Assembly (NCBI GenBank): GCA_018830245.1
Contig: JAHJSW010000033.1
Location: 1 to 43,950, forward strand
Source of the DNA: Nanobdellota archaeon
GTDB taxonomy: Archaea; Nanobdellota; Nanobdellia; Pacearchaeales; GW2011-AR1
Length of the DNA stretch: 43,950 bases
Direction: 5' to 3'
Shown: positions 9,560-18,689 of the stretch, in pieces
How positions within the stretch are numbered: position 1 is the first letter of the stretch
Layout of the letters: the number at the start of each line of letters is the position of its first letter
Notes under the pieces: generated by a model
What the model saw: only the letters and a program-made list of their open reading frames with translations
What the model was told of the DNA's origin: nothing
The model's database searches: none
Translations under genes and position numbers: made by a program

Positions 9560-10218
9560 TAATCCTTCTCCAATATCTCGCAATTAATTCCTATCTCTCC
9601 GCATAACTCCTTAAATTCCCTAGCATCTTCTTCACTTCCAACAATACTCCCATAGTGCATAGGAATCACTAAAAAAGGCTTAATCATCTCTGCAGCCTCT
9701 GCAGCTTCTTCAAAATTCATTGTAAATCTCCCTCCAATCGGAAGAAGGGCTATTAATTTCCTTTGATTATACCCAGTAAGTTTTTGCATTTCTAAAATAT
9801 TATCTGTATCTCCTGCATGATAAACAAGAAGATCATTCATTTTTATTAAATATCCAACCCATGCTTCCTCTTTTGGATGAAAATGTTTGTCAATATTATA
9901 TGCTGGCAATGCTAAAATTTTTATCCTTCCAAAAACCAATTCTTGGCCAGGTTCAATAACTTCCAAACGAACAGGGGTATTAAATTTATTTATCTTGCTC
10001 TGACAATCTGCCGTAACAATAATTTTTGTCCCTTTTTGAATTATTTTTTCCATATCTGCCACACTACAATGATCATAATGACTATGAGTTATTAAAATCA
10101 AATCAGCTTTTTCAGAATCTTCCTTGATATTGTAAGGATCAACATAAATAACCTTAGAATTTTTGATTAAAAATCCTGCATGCCCCAACCATTTAATTTC
10201 CACACCATCAATGTTCAT
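9559..10218 (-). CDS. Metallo-beta-lactamase fold hydrolase
   Basis: WLGHA, THSHYDH, YHAGDT, PIGG, IPMHYG. Confidence 0.9.
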   Translation of the reverse strand: MNIDGVEIKWLGHAGFLIKNSKVIYVDPYNIKEDSEKADLILITHSHYDHCSVADMEKIIQKGTKIIVTADCQSKINKFNTPVRLEVIEPGQELVFGRIKILALPAYNIDKHFHPKEEAWVGYLIKMNDLLVYHAGDTDNILEMQKLTGYNQRKLIALLPIGGRFTMNFEEAAEAAEMIKPFLVIPMHYGSIVGSEEDAREFKELCGEIGINCEILEKD

Positions 10219-10257
10219 AGAAAAAAGAACCTGAAGATGCTTTTAAAGATTTTGTAA

Positions 10258-11289
10258 TCAACTAAGGATATTCTTTTTAAATTTTTCTAAATCTTTTTTC
10301 ATAATCCTTGCTCCTGCAGCTTTTTTATGCCCTCCCCCAGAAGCATTTTTCAATCCATCTATTCCTTTTTTCACTAATTGATTCATATCTGCAATATCTC
10401 CTTGATTTCTCGCATTTATTTTAACAAAATCATCTTCTACATCTGAAACACCAATAAAAGTACTTCCAGAATCATTATCAGAAACAACTGTAGTTACAGA
10501 ACTTCCAATATCAAATCTAGGATTAAAATAATAAAAATATAAATTTTTTTCAGGATAAAACTCTGCATTTTCCTTAAATTTCTTTACATATTTTTGAAAA
10601 TCTTTTTCAACAATATCATATGCTTTTTCTAATCGATCCACGTCCTTTTTTTTAACTAAATCATAAATTTTTAAAACATCGTCATAATAAGTTAATGCAG
10701 AAGAAATTATTTTAGAAATTTTTTTTGGAACAGATTCAGAAAGATTTTTCAAATTTAGTTCAGGGTAAATCTCTTGAATAAATCTTAAATTTTCAGGATT
10801 TTTATAAGACATATCAGAAATCATTGCTGCACAAACTAACCACCCTAGTTTTTCTCTATCAAATAATCTATCTCCCAAATTATAAATAACAAAAGCAACG
10901 CATTCACTCGTGTTTGTTTTGATAATATTTCCTTTATTCTGTAATTCTTTATTTATTTCATGATGGTCAATTAGAAAAACATCTATTTCCTCTCTTAAAG
11001 CTTCAAATAAATCTAAATCAATTAAATCGCCTGCTAAATCCAAGATAAATAATTTAGAAATCTTCCTGTTTTTGATCTCCCTTACTTTTTTTTGAAACTC
11101 TCCAAAACCATGGATCATAAAGTTAACACTCTCCACATTAATTTCTTTTTCTCTTAAAATTTCTTCTATAAATATTGCAGAAGCAATTCCATCTAAATCA
11201 CTATGCGTTAGAATTCCAATTTGATCTTTTTTTTCAATTGAATCTAAAAAAGTATAAAATTCCTTTTTGCTTCCAATAATATACTCCAT
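10258..11289 (-). CDS. DHH/DHHA1 phosphoesterase (RecJ/NrnA-like)
   Basis: HSDLDG, IDHH, GGGHKKAAG. Confidence 0.9.
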   Translation of the reverse strand: MEYIIGSKKEFYTFLDSIEKKDQIGILTHSDLDGIASAIFIEEILREKEINVESVNFMIHGFGEFQKKVREIKNRKISKLFILDLAGDLIDLDLFEALREEIDVFLIDHHEINKELQNKGNIIKTNTSECVAFVIYNLGDRLFDREKLGWLVCAAMISDMSYKNPENLRFIQEIYPELNLKNLSESVPKKISKIISSALTYYDDVLKIYDLVKKKDVDRLEKAYDIVEKDFQKYVKKFKENAEFYPEKNLYFYYFNPRFDIGSSVTTVVSDNDSGSTFIGVSDVEDDFVKINARNQGDIADMNQLVKKGIDGLKNASGGGHKKAAGARIMKKDLEKFKKNILS

Positions 11290-11360
11290 CTAAAATTAAA
11301 ATTAAAACACCCTTTAAATATTTTGATTAGTTTTTTATACTATAAAATTATCAATATAAT

Positions 11361-12236
11361 ATGGAAAAAATCCATAAAAATATTTTATATATAATTATAA
11401 TAAGTATTATTACCCTTCTTACAATATTCGTTTTAGCATCAATTCCAGGTTATTTAAGACCTCTTGAATCAGAGGACATTGCATTTACACAACCAAAATT
11501 TATAATTGTCTTTATTATTGTTGATATTATTCTCATAGGAATTCCTGCAGGACTGCATTATATCTATATTAAAGATTATACAAAAATAAAAAGCGTCTGG
11601 TTTTTTGCAATATTTGGAGGAGTAACAGGAGCATTTCTAGGAGAAATTGCTACACATAACGCAAATCCTCTAATAATTATCCCTTACATAATTTTAATGT
11701 TGATATATGCTTTTTTTTACAAAAAATTTACGTGGTGGAAAGTTATACTAACAACTTATCTTGGAGGAGTAATAATTGAAAATGCAATAAATCGTTCTCC
11801 AATACAAATTCCTTCACTGATATGGATTGCTTTTTTTACATATCCTTATTTTATAACAAAGATATGGGAAAATAGAAAAAATATTTCTTTAATTAGTATA
11901 ATAAAAGATTTTAAATGGGCAATATTTTTCTCAATCATATTGGGAATTTCAGCAGGATATTTTTTTAGAGAAGGTCCTCTCTTTTTCTTCGCACTAACAA
12001 TTCCTTTTATAATGAGTATAAGTTACAAATTATTATTTAACAAAAAAAAGAAACAAAAAATTTCAATGATTTCCACAATAAAAAGTTTAAAATATGTAAT
12101 AATTTCTTCAGTAATATTAATTTGTTTAACAGTTTATATAACAAAAAACAATGCCTCTCCTCCTTTGATAATTTTTGGCACTATCCTGCCTTTTATAGTA
12201 TATTTAATTTATAAATTAATCAAGAAATCTCCTTAA
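11361..12236 (+). CDS. Polytopic membrane protein with internal repeats
   Basis: Multiple hydrophobic segments; duplicated C-terminal unit. Confidence 0.75.
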   Translation: MEKIHKNILYIIIISIITLLTIFVLASIPGYLRPLESEDIAFTQPKFIIVFIIVDIILIGIPAGLHYIYIKDYTKIKSVWFFAIFGGVTGAFLGEIATHNANPLIIIPYIILMLIYAFFYKKFTWWKVILTTYLGGVIIENAINRSPIQIPSLIWIAFFTYPYFITKIWENRKNISLISIIKDFKWAIFFSIILGISAGYFFREGPLFFFALTIPFIMSISYKLLFNKKKKQKISMISTIKSLKYVIISSVILICLTVYITKNNASPPLIIFGTILPFIVYLIYKLIKKSP

Positions 12237-12738
12237 AATCATTTTTCTTCCACTCAACTTTCTCGCCAGTATTTAATTTTTTGTCTAATATTTCTAATTC
12301 TTCATAAATTCCTTCAATTAAATCATATTCTTTTGCTTCTTTTAAATTAACCCATTTAAAATCAGTAAGAGCATTGCAAAGAGAGATATTTTCCCCTACT
12401 GGTTCTGCCCATAAACTTACAATAAGTGTAGGAATTTTATCACTTCTAATATAAATCAAACTAGTCACATACCCAATATTCTTAATTTCTAAGCCAACCT
12501 CTTCTAGGACCTCTCTTTTAACAAGATCTTCAAAAATATTATACCAATGAAATGGCGTATCTTTTTCTCTTAGTACATAATCTAAAACTTCTAATTTCCC
12601 TCCTGGAACAGTCCATTTCCCTGGAAAAGCTTTTTCCCAATCCGCTCTTTTAGTTATCAAAAATTTGCCATCTTTTACTAAAATACATGTAGCAACAACA
12701 TAATGAGCCATATTTTTATCATACATAATTAAACTCAA
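12220..12738 (-). CDS. NUDIX hydrolase
   Basis: FPGKWTVPGGKLE...KREVLEEVGL (Nudix box with an insertion). Confidence 0.9.
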   Translation of the reverse strand: MSLIMYDKNMAHYVVATCILVKDGKFLITKRADWEKAFPGKWTVPGGKLEVLDYVLREKDTPFHWYNIFEDLVKREVLEEVGLEIKNIGYVTSLIYIRSDKIPTLIVSLWAEPVGENISLCNALTDFKWVNLKEAKEYDLIEGIYEELEILDKKLNTGEKVEWKKNDFKEIS

Positions 12739-12778
12739 CCATAATTATATTTAAATAGTTCCTCAAAAAGTTTGAGTT

Positions 12779-13384
12779 ATGGAGAAAAAAATACTTTTTA
12801 CATTTTTATATAATCACAAACTAAAATTTAATGAAATAGAAAAATTAACTAAAATTCGGTCTAATAAACTTTGTTACCACATTCAAAAATTAATTAAAAA
12901 AGGTCTTCTAATTAAAGAAAAAGATTTTTACAAATTATCAGATGCAACAGAGTCATTAATTCCCTATTTAACTGATAAAAAAGCAATTTTGCCAGTGATT
13001 CTTATTATAATCAAAAGAAATAAAAAAGAAATTTTTTTATATTCAAGAATAAAACGCCCTTACAAAAACAAGCTTAGCCTACCAGGAGGAAGAATTTTAG
13101 TAGGAGAAACAATTCCAAATGCAACAGAAAGAATAATGAAGAAAAAATTCTATATAGAATGTAATTTTAAAAAAATAAATTCTGTTTCACTAGAACAAAT
13201 AAAAAAGAAGAATAAAACAATTCATTCATTTCTTCTAATATTAGTTACAGCAGAAACCAAAAAAGAACTTGCCTACACAAACATAGAAAAAAACAAAAAA
13301 AAGGTTATATTAAGTGATTACAATTTAATCAAAAAAGACTTAAATAAAAAAGTTAGTATTAAGGGTATTTTTTCAAGAATTTAA
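12779..13384 (+). CDS. Winged-HTH plus degenerate NUDIX domain protein, likely regulator
   Basis: LKFNEI...SNKLCYHIQKLIKKGLL; LPGGRILVGET lacking the catalytic EE. Confidence 0.75.
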   Translation: MEKKILFTFLYNHKLKFNEIEKLTKIRSNKLCYHIQKLIKKGLLIKEKDFYKLSDATESLIPYLTDKKAILPVILIIIKRNKKEIFLYSRIKRPYKNKLSLPGGRILVGETIPNATERIMKKKFYIECNFKKINSVSLEQIKKKNKTIHSFLLILVTAETKKELAYTNIEKNKKKVILSDYNLIKKDLNKKVSIKGIFSRI

Positions 13385-14698
13385 TTTCTCAAACGCCATT
13401 GAAATTTGCAACATTCTTTGTTCCTGAAATTTATCACAAGCAATTTGTATTCCAACAGGAATTCCATCAATTTTCCCAATAGGAAGAGATAAAGCACAAT
13501 TTCCGTAAAGATTATGAGGAATTGTTAAAGCATCATAGGCATACATATCTTCAACAGAAATTTTTTCACCAATCTTGTGCGGTAGCTTAGGTGTAACCGG
13601 TGAAACAATGCAATCAACTTTTTTAAACGCTTTAGCAAGTTCATCAGAAAAAATTTTCTTTGCAATTAAAGAATTGTGATAATATCTCCCTCCATATTCT
13701 GCTTTTGTAATTTCACTTCCTCCAAGAATTCTCCGCAAAACTTCTGGCCCAGCAGCATCTTCAATTTTTTTCCCATAACGTCGACCATCAAACTTTCGCG
13801 TCCCAGAAAAAAACTCAACATATACCATTGGGTAATATGTTTCAACTGCCAAATCAATATTTCCAATTTTAATCTTCTTGATTTTCCATCCATATTTTTG
13901 AATTACTTCTTCGACTTTTTCGTCAATCAATTTTTGGATATTTTTGTCCTTAATAACAAAATCCAACACCCCAATTGTAATATCTTTTGGAGTTTTTTCA
14001 ACTTCATTTAAATTAATTTTTTTATCTTCCTGCGAGGTTGAATCTTTTTCATCTTTCCCCATAATCACACTTAAAAGTAAACTAGAATCAGAAACATTTT
14101 TTGCGAGTGGGCCAATCTGATCTAAACTCATACTCAAGTCAATTAAACCATATCTTGAAACACTTGAATAAGTTGGTTTTATTCCAACAACACCACAAAA
14201 ACTCGCAGGAAGTCTAATACTGCAACCAGTATCAGAACCTAAAGCCATATCACAAAAACCTGCAGCAACCGCCGCAGCACTTCCTGATGATGACCCCCCA
14301 GGAACATAATTTAACACAATTGGATTTTTAGTAGGGCCAAATGCAGAAGTCTCTCCAGAACTCCCAGAAGCAAATTCATCACAATTAGCAATTCCAATAA
14401 TTACTCCATCTTCTTTTTTAATTTTCTGTATAACTGTTGCATCATAAGGGGCTTTGTAATTTTCAAGAACTTTGCTTGCACAAGAAGCGTTTAATCCCTT
14501 AACATTTATATTTGCTTTAATCGCAATGATCTGTCCTGCCAATTTTCCTGCTTTACCTTTTTTAATTTTCTCGTCAATAATTCTTGCTTCTTTCAAGACA
14601 TCAGGATTTAATTGTAAAAAAGCGTTTATCTTTTTTCCATTTTGATCATTTTTCTTAATCTCTACAAGATATTTTTTTAATTTATCAACTGTTTTCAT
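13373..14698 (-). CDS. gatA: Asp/Glu-tRNA amidotransferase subunit A
   Basis: AIKANI, DEFASG, PGGSSSGS, SDTGCSIR, SRYG, GPEVLRRI; ATGA overlap with gatC. Confidence 0.93.
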   Translation of the reverse strand: MKTVDKLKKYLVEIKKNDQNGKKINAFLQLNPDVLKEARIIDEKIKKGKAGKLAGQIIAIKANINVKGLNASCASKVLENYKAPYDATVIQKIKKEDGVIIGIANCDEFASGSSGETSAFGPTKNPIVLNYVPGGSSSGSAAAVAAGFCDMALGSDTGCSIRLPASFCGVVGIKPTYSSVSRYGLIDLSMSLDQIGPLAKNVSDSSLLLSVIMGKDEKDSTSQEDKKINLNEVEKTPKDITIGVLDFVIKDKNIQKLIDEKVEEVIQKYGWKIKKIKIGNIDLAVETYYPMVYVEFFSGTRKFDGRRYGKKIEDAAGPEVLRRILGGSEITKAEYGGRYYHNSLIAKKIFSDELAKAFKKVDCIVSPVTPKLPHKIGEKISVEDMYAYDALTIPHNLYGNCALSLPIGKIDGIPVGIQIACDKFQEQRMLQISMAFEKLNS

Positions 14699-14961
14699 TC
14701 CTCTCTCCACCCGCCTTTTTCAGCAATTACAAAATCCTTGTTTTTATTTTGAGCATTCTCAAACATAATCTTTCTTGAAAAGTCATCATTACTCTCTTCA
14801 ATACTTTCTTCTCTTTCACCAATTCCTCGTTCTATTAATGGCGCTTTTATATTTTTATCAATTTTAGAAAGTCTTTTTGAAAAACTATCCATCATAGTTT
14901 TTGCCTTTTTCTGTATCTCCTCTTTCTCTTTTTCAGATACCTTTTTCCATAAAAAATCCAT
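14695..14961 (-). CDS. gatC: Probable amidotransferase subunit C (divergent)
   Basis: 88 aa, translationally coupled to gatA; R...ENAQ...FVIAE C-terminal pattern. Confidence 0.7.
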   Translation of the reverse strand: MDFLWKKVSEKEKEEIQKKAKTMMDSFSKRLSKIDKNIKAPLIERGIGEREESIEESNDDFSRKIMFENAQNKNKDFVIAEKGGWREE

Positions 14962-14991
14962 AGAATTATTTAGAATAAGAAGTTTAAAAGA

Positions 14992-15783
14992 TTATTCAAT
15001 ATCCAACAAAACATGGCTTCCCACACCCAAATTATAAACTTCTGTTTTACCAATTTTCTTTTTTCCTTCTCCTTCATGAATATGCCCACAAAAAACATAT
15101 TTTGGCTGATACTTTTTTATATAATCTAAAATAACCTTGCTTCCTGCGTGTTTTCCTCTCCATAATTTTGGAGCGAATTTCGCAGTAACTTTATCTAAAT
15201 TTCCATAAGGCGGTTGGTGGCAGACTAAAATATCAATTTTGCCAAATCTCTTTAAAATTTTCTTAGCCTTGTCTGTCTGCTTTTTTGCGTCTGATAACTT
15301 CTTTTTATAATCAGTTGGTTTAAATTCTCTCACCCAACTAGTATCAACAAAATATTCTAAAAATCCTACTCTTAAATCATTTAAAATCTTTAATCTATTC
15401 TTAACTATCTTTGCTCTAGACATAACATCTATTTGTTTTTTTGTGCAAGGAAGAGTGATCCCATATTTTTCTTTATTTTTTCTTACATCAGAAAAAGTTG
15501 GAATCCCGACATTTCCCTGAATTGTGTAAACAGGTGCAGATTTTGACAAATTTTTTAATACTTTAATTGTAGAATTATGAATTTCCATAAAAACATTCTT
15601 AATGAATTTTTTATCTTCTTCTAATTCGGATAGTTTTTTTCTTTTTCTTTCAAGATTTTCAAAAACTCTTTGTCTAGCTAAATCAGCTTTTCCAACATCA
15701 CCAGTAACCAAAATCAGATCAATATTTTTTGGAGTTCTTTTCAGCAATACTCCATGAGGGTCTCCAACTCCCAAAACTTTCAT
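14992..15783 (-). CDS. Calcineurin-like metallophosphoesterase
   Basis: GDPHG, TGD, QGN, CHQPP, CGHIHE. Confidence 0.9.
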   Translation of the reverse strand: MKVLGVGDPHGVLLKRTPKNIDLILVTGDVGKADLARQRVFENLERKRKKLSELEEDKKFIKNVFMEIHNSTIKVLKNLSKSAPVYTIQGNVGIPTFSDVRKNKEKYGITLPCTKKQIDVMSRAKIVKNRLKILNDLRVGFLEYFVDTSWVREFKPTDYKKKLSDAKKQTDKAKKILKRFGKIDILVCHQPPYGNLDKVTAKFAPKLWRGKHAGSKVILDYIKKYQPKYVFCGHIHEGEGKKKIGKTEVYNLGVGSHVLLDIE

Positions 15784-15824
15784 AAATAAAATAAAAAAGG
15801 ATGACTTTTAAAACTAACTAAAAT

Positions 15825-15920
15825 CTATTCATCATCGTCATCTTCATATGACTCATCTTCATCGTCGTCATAGTAAGAATCATCTTCACAATCGTCACAT
15901 TCGTAACAACTTTTGCCCAT
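15825..15920 (-). CDS. 31-aa hyper-acidic peptide with CxxCxxC (not in ORF track)
   Basis: MGKSCYECDDCEDDSYYDDDEDESYEDDDDE*; GGAGGT SD 4 nt before ATG; TTTAAAAA box upstream. Confidence 0.7.
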   Translation of the reverse strand: MGKSCYECDDCEDDSYYDDDEDESYEDDDDE

Positions 15921-15995
15921 TTTTACCTCCTAAATTTAGATAAACTTAACAGGATTGTCTCTTTTTAAAGATTTCTATCATTTCATAACGCCACT

Positions 15996-17369
15996 TTACT
16001 TCTTTCTTTTCTTTTCAACATTTATAGAAATCTCTTTTAGTTGTTTTTTACTAATTTCAGAAGGGGCATCAAGCATAACATCTCTCGCCTCCCTGTTTTT
16101 TGGGAAAGCAATAACATCTCTAATTGAATCTGATTCACTCATCAATTGAATTAACCTATCAAAACCAATTGCAATTCCCCCGTGAGGAGGAGCCCCAAAT
16201 CTTAATGCATTTAACAAAAACCCAAACTTAGTTTCTGCCTCTTTTTTTGAGATCTTTAAAGCATCAAATACTTGTTGTTGAATTTCAGGGTTGTGGATTC
16301 TAATGCTCCCCCCCCCAATTTCAACACCATTTAAAACAACATCATATGCAAAACTTTTTGCTTTTTCTTTATTTTTCTTAAAAGAGTTCATATCAGGCAT
16401 TGTAAAAGGATGATGCATAGATTTGTATCTTTTTTCTTCTTTATTATACTCAAAAAGAGGGAAATCAACAACCCAGCAAAATGCAAATTTTTCATTTCCT
16501 TTTCTTATATCAGGACGATCATTTCCATACTTTTTCATAGATTCTTCATAAGAAATTCTCTTAAACGGAATTTTTATATCCATTCCTAAAACTTTTTTAA
16601 AAACATCTTTCAGCATTTTTTCTATAATTTGAATTATATCTTCTTGTTCAATAAAAGACATTTCAACATCTACCTGTGTAAATTCTGGTTGTCTATCTGC
16701 CCTTAAATCTTCGTCTCTAAAACACTTTGTAATCTGAACATACCTATCAAACCCCCCAACCTGTGATAATTGCTTAAATAATTGCGGAGATTGAGGAAGT
16801 GCATAAAATTTTCCCGGAAAGTTTCTGCTAGGAACAACATAATCTCTTGCTCCCTCAGGAGTTGATTTTGCAAGTATCGGAGTCTCTATCTCCACAAAAT
16901 CTTCTTTATAAAAAAAATCTCTCACAGCCTTTAATGCCTCGCTCCTTAAAAAAATATTTTTCTGCATTTTTTTATTTCTTAAATCTAAAAACCGATATTT
17001 TAACCTTAAATCTTCATTAATTTCTTGGTCGTTTAATTCAAAAGGTAATTGAGAAGAAAGATTATAGATTTCAACCTTTTCAATAGAAACTTCAACTTTT
17101 CCAGAATTTAACTCTTTGTTCTCTGTTCCCGCCGGTCTTTTTTTAATCTCTCCCATAAGACCAACACAAGATTCAGTAGTTAATTTTTTAGCATTCTCAA
17201 AATCAGATTTTTTTTTATGAATAACACACTGAACTTTCCCATACCTATCCCTTAAATCAATAAAAATTACTGCTCCATGTTCCCTAACTGTATCAACCCA
17301 CCCACAAAGTCGAACTTTTTTTCCTACAATCTTCTCATTTACTTCTGACAATTTATGAGTTCTTAACAT
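15996..17369 (-). CDS. aspS: Aspartyl-tRNA synthetase, bacterial type, probably non-discriminating, lacking GAD domain
   Basis: MLRTH, REHG..FIDLRD, STPEGARDY, ALPQSPQLFKQ, FRDEDLRADRQPEFTQ, GAPPHGG..GFDR. Confidence 0.95.
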   Translation of the reverse strand: MLRTHKLSEVNEKIVGKKVRLCGWVDTVREHGAVIFIDLRDRYGKVQCVIHKKKSDFENAKKLTTESCVGLMGEIKKRPAGTENKELNSGKVEVSIEKVEIYNLSSQLPFELNDQEINEDLRLKYRFLDLRNKKMQKNIFLRSEALKAVRDFFYKEDFVEIETPILAKSTPEGARDYVVPSRNFPGKFYALPQSPQLFKQLSQVGGFDRYVQITKCFRDEDLRADRQPEFTQVDVEMSFIEQEDIIQIIEKMLKDVFKKVLGMDIKIPFKRISYEESMKKYGNDRPDIRKGNEKFAFCWVVDFPLFEYNKEEKRYKSMHHPFTMPDMNSFKKNKEKAKSFAYDVVLNGVEIGGGSIRIHNPEIQQQVFDALKISKKEAETKFGFLLNALRFGAPPHGGIAIGFDRLIQLMSESDSIRDVIAFPKNREARDVMLDAPSEISKKQLKEISINVEKKRKK

Positions 17370-17450
17370 ATTTAAAATAGAAAAATATAATTTATTAAGT
17401 TATTGTTTAAATTATATTTTAAAAAGATCTATCAAAAATGAATATCCCTT

Positions 17451-17795
17451 TTATTTTCTTTCTTTTTGGACTACATATCTAACACTCTTTTTAGGATCCA
17501 AACCCACTGCTTTTGCAAACGCATCTGCATCTCGAATCCTAGAAAAAAATTCTCCTCTACCAAAAACAGTCGGAAGCCATTTCATAGAAGGATTGGGATC
17601 TAAAATTTCATAGCCAAAACCAGGGGTGATTATTTTTCTTCCCCGGAGTTCTGGTAAAATTCCTTCTTCAAATAGACTTCTCTTAAAATATTCATTTGTT
17701 CTAAGAAGCCCCACAATTTCATCCCACCTAGTGGCTTGATTCTTTTTACCAAGAATCATTTTAACATCTTGCTTACAATTCCCAGTAAATTCCAT
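17451..17795 (-). CDS. Hypothetical protein
   Basis: 114-aa ORF, TTTATAAA box upstream. Confidence 0.65.
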   Translation of the reverse strand: MEFTGNCKQDVKMILGKKNQATRWDEIVGLLRTNEYFKRSLFEEGILPELRGRKIITPGFGYEILDPNPSMKWLPTVFGRGEFFSRIRDADAFAKAVGLDPKKSVRYVVQKERK

Positions 17796-17870
17796 AATTC
17801 TATTACAACCTAAATCATTTATAAAGATTGTAGGGATAAAAAATATAAATTAGAATGCTCTCTAAAAATT

Positions 17871-18689
17871 ATGAAATTAATCTTTGATGAAAAAGTTCTA
17901 GACTATCAAGGAACACTCGGGTTTAAGCAAAGATTAATTTGTGCTTATGAATTTTTAAAACACCATCATTCTTTTATAAAACCAGAAATTAAAATTACAG
18001 AACCACTAGTTCATACCAGAGAGTTAATTAAAAAAGTCAAAGAAAGAAATTTTTTTAATCCAGATAGTCCTGCATATGAAAACATTTATAATTATGCTAT
18101 CCTCGCACTAAATAGTGCAATAAAAGCGCAAGAAATTCAGGGATTTTCCCTATTAGAACCTCCAGGACATCATGCAGGGAAAAATTTCTTAGGAGGATTC
18201 TGTTATTTTAATAATATTGCAGAAGCAGTGAAACAGTCTAATCTTAAAACATTAATAATGGACATTGACGGACATCATGGAAATGGAACACAAGATATTT
18301 TTGAGAATGATCCGGATGTTTTTTATATTTCATTACATAGAAGTCCACTATATCCTGGAACAGGATTAAACTCAAAAAACAACATTCTAAATCTCCCTCT
18401 GCCAGCAGATTGTGGAGAAAGAATCTATTTAGAAACTCTACAAAAAGCAATTAAAAAAGCACAAGGAAATTTCAAGTTCAAACAAATTGCAATTTCTGCA
18501 GGATTTGATACTTATCAAGGGGATCTTGCATCTCTCAACTTAACCAAAGATTCATATAGAAAAATAGGAAAAATAATTAAAAAATTATCACAAAAAACAA
18601 ACTCGCGAGTTTTCGCAGTTTTAGAAGGAGGGTATACTACTAATTTAGGGGAGTTGATTCATGAATTTACTTCAAGTATTTCCGAATAA
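17871..18689 (+). CDS. Zn-dependent histone deacetylase family protein
   Basis: PPGHHA, GGFCYFNN, DIDGHHGNGTQ, SLH, YPGTG, SAGFD, LEGGY. Confidence 0.92.
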   Translation: MKLIFDEKVLDYQGTLGFKQRLICAYEFLKHHHSFIKPEIKITEPLVHTRELIKKVKERNFFNPDSPAYENIYNYAILALNSAIKAQEIQGFSLLEPPGHHAGKNFLGGFCYFNNIAEAVKQSNLKTLIMDIDGHHGNGTQDIFENDPDVFYISLHRSPLYPGTGLNSKNNILNLPLPADCGERIYLETLQKAIKKAQGNFKFKQIAISAGFDTYQGDLASLNLTKDSYRKIGKIIKKLSQKTNSRVFAVLEGGYTTNLGELIHEFTSSISE

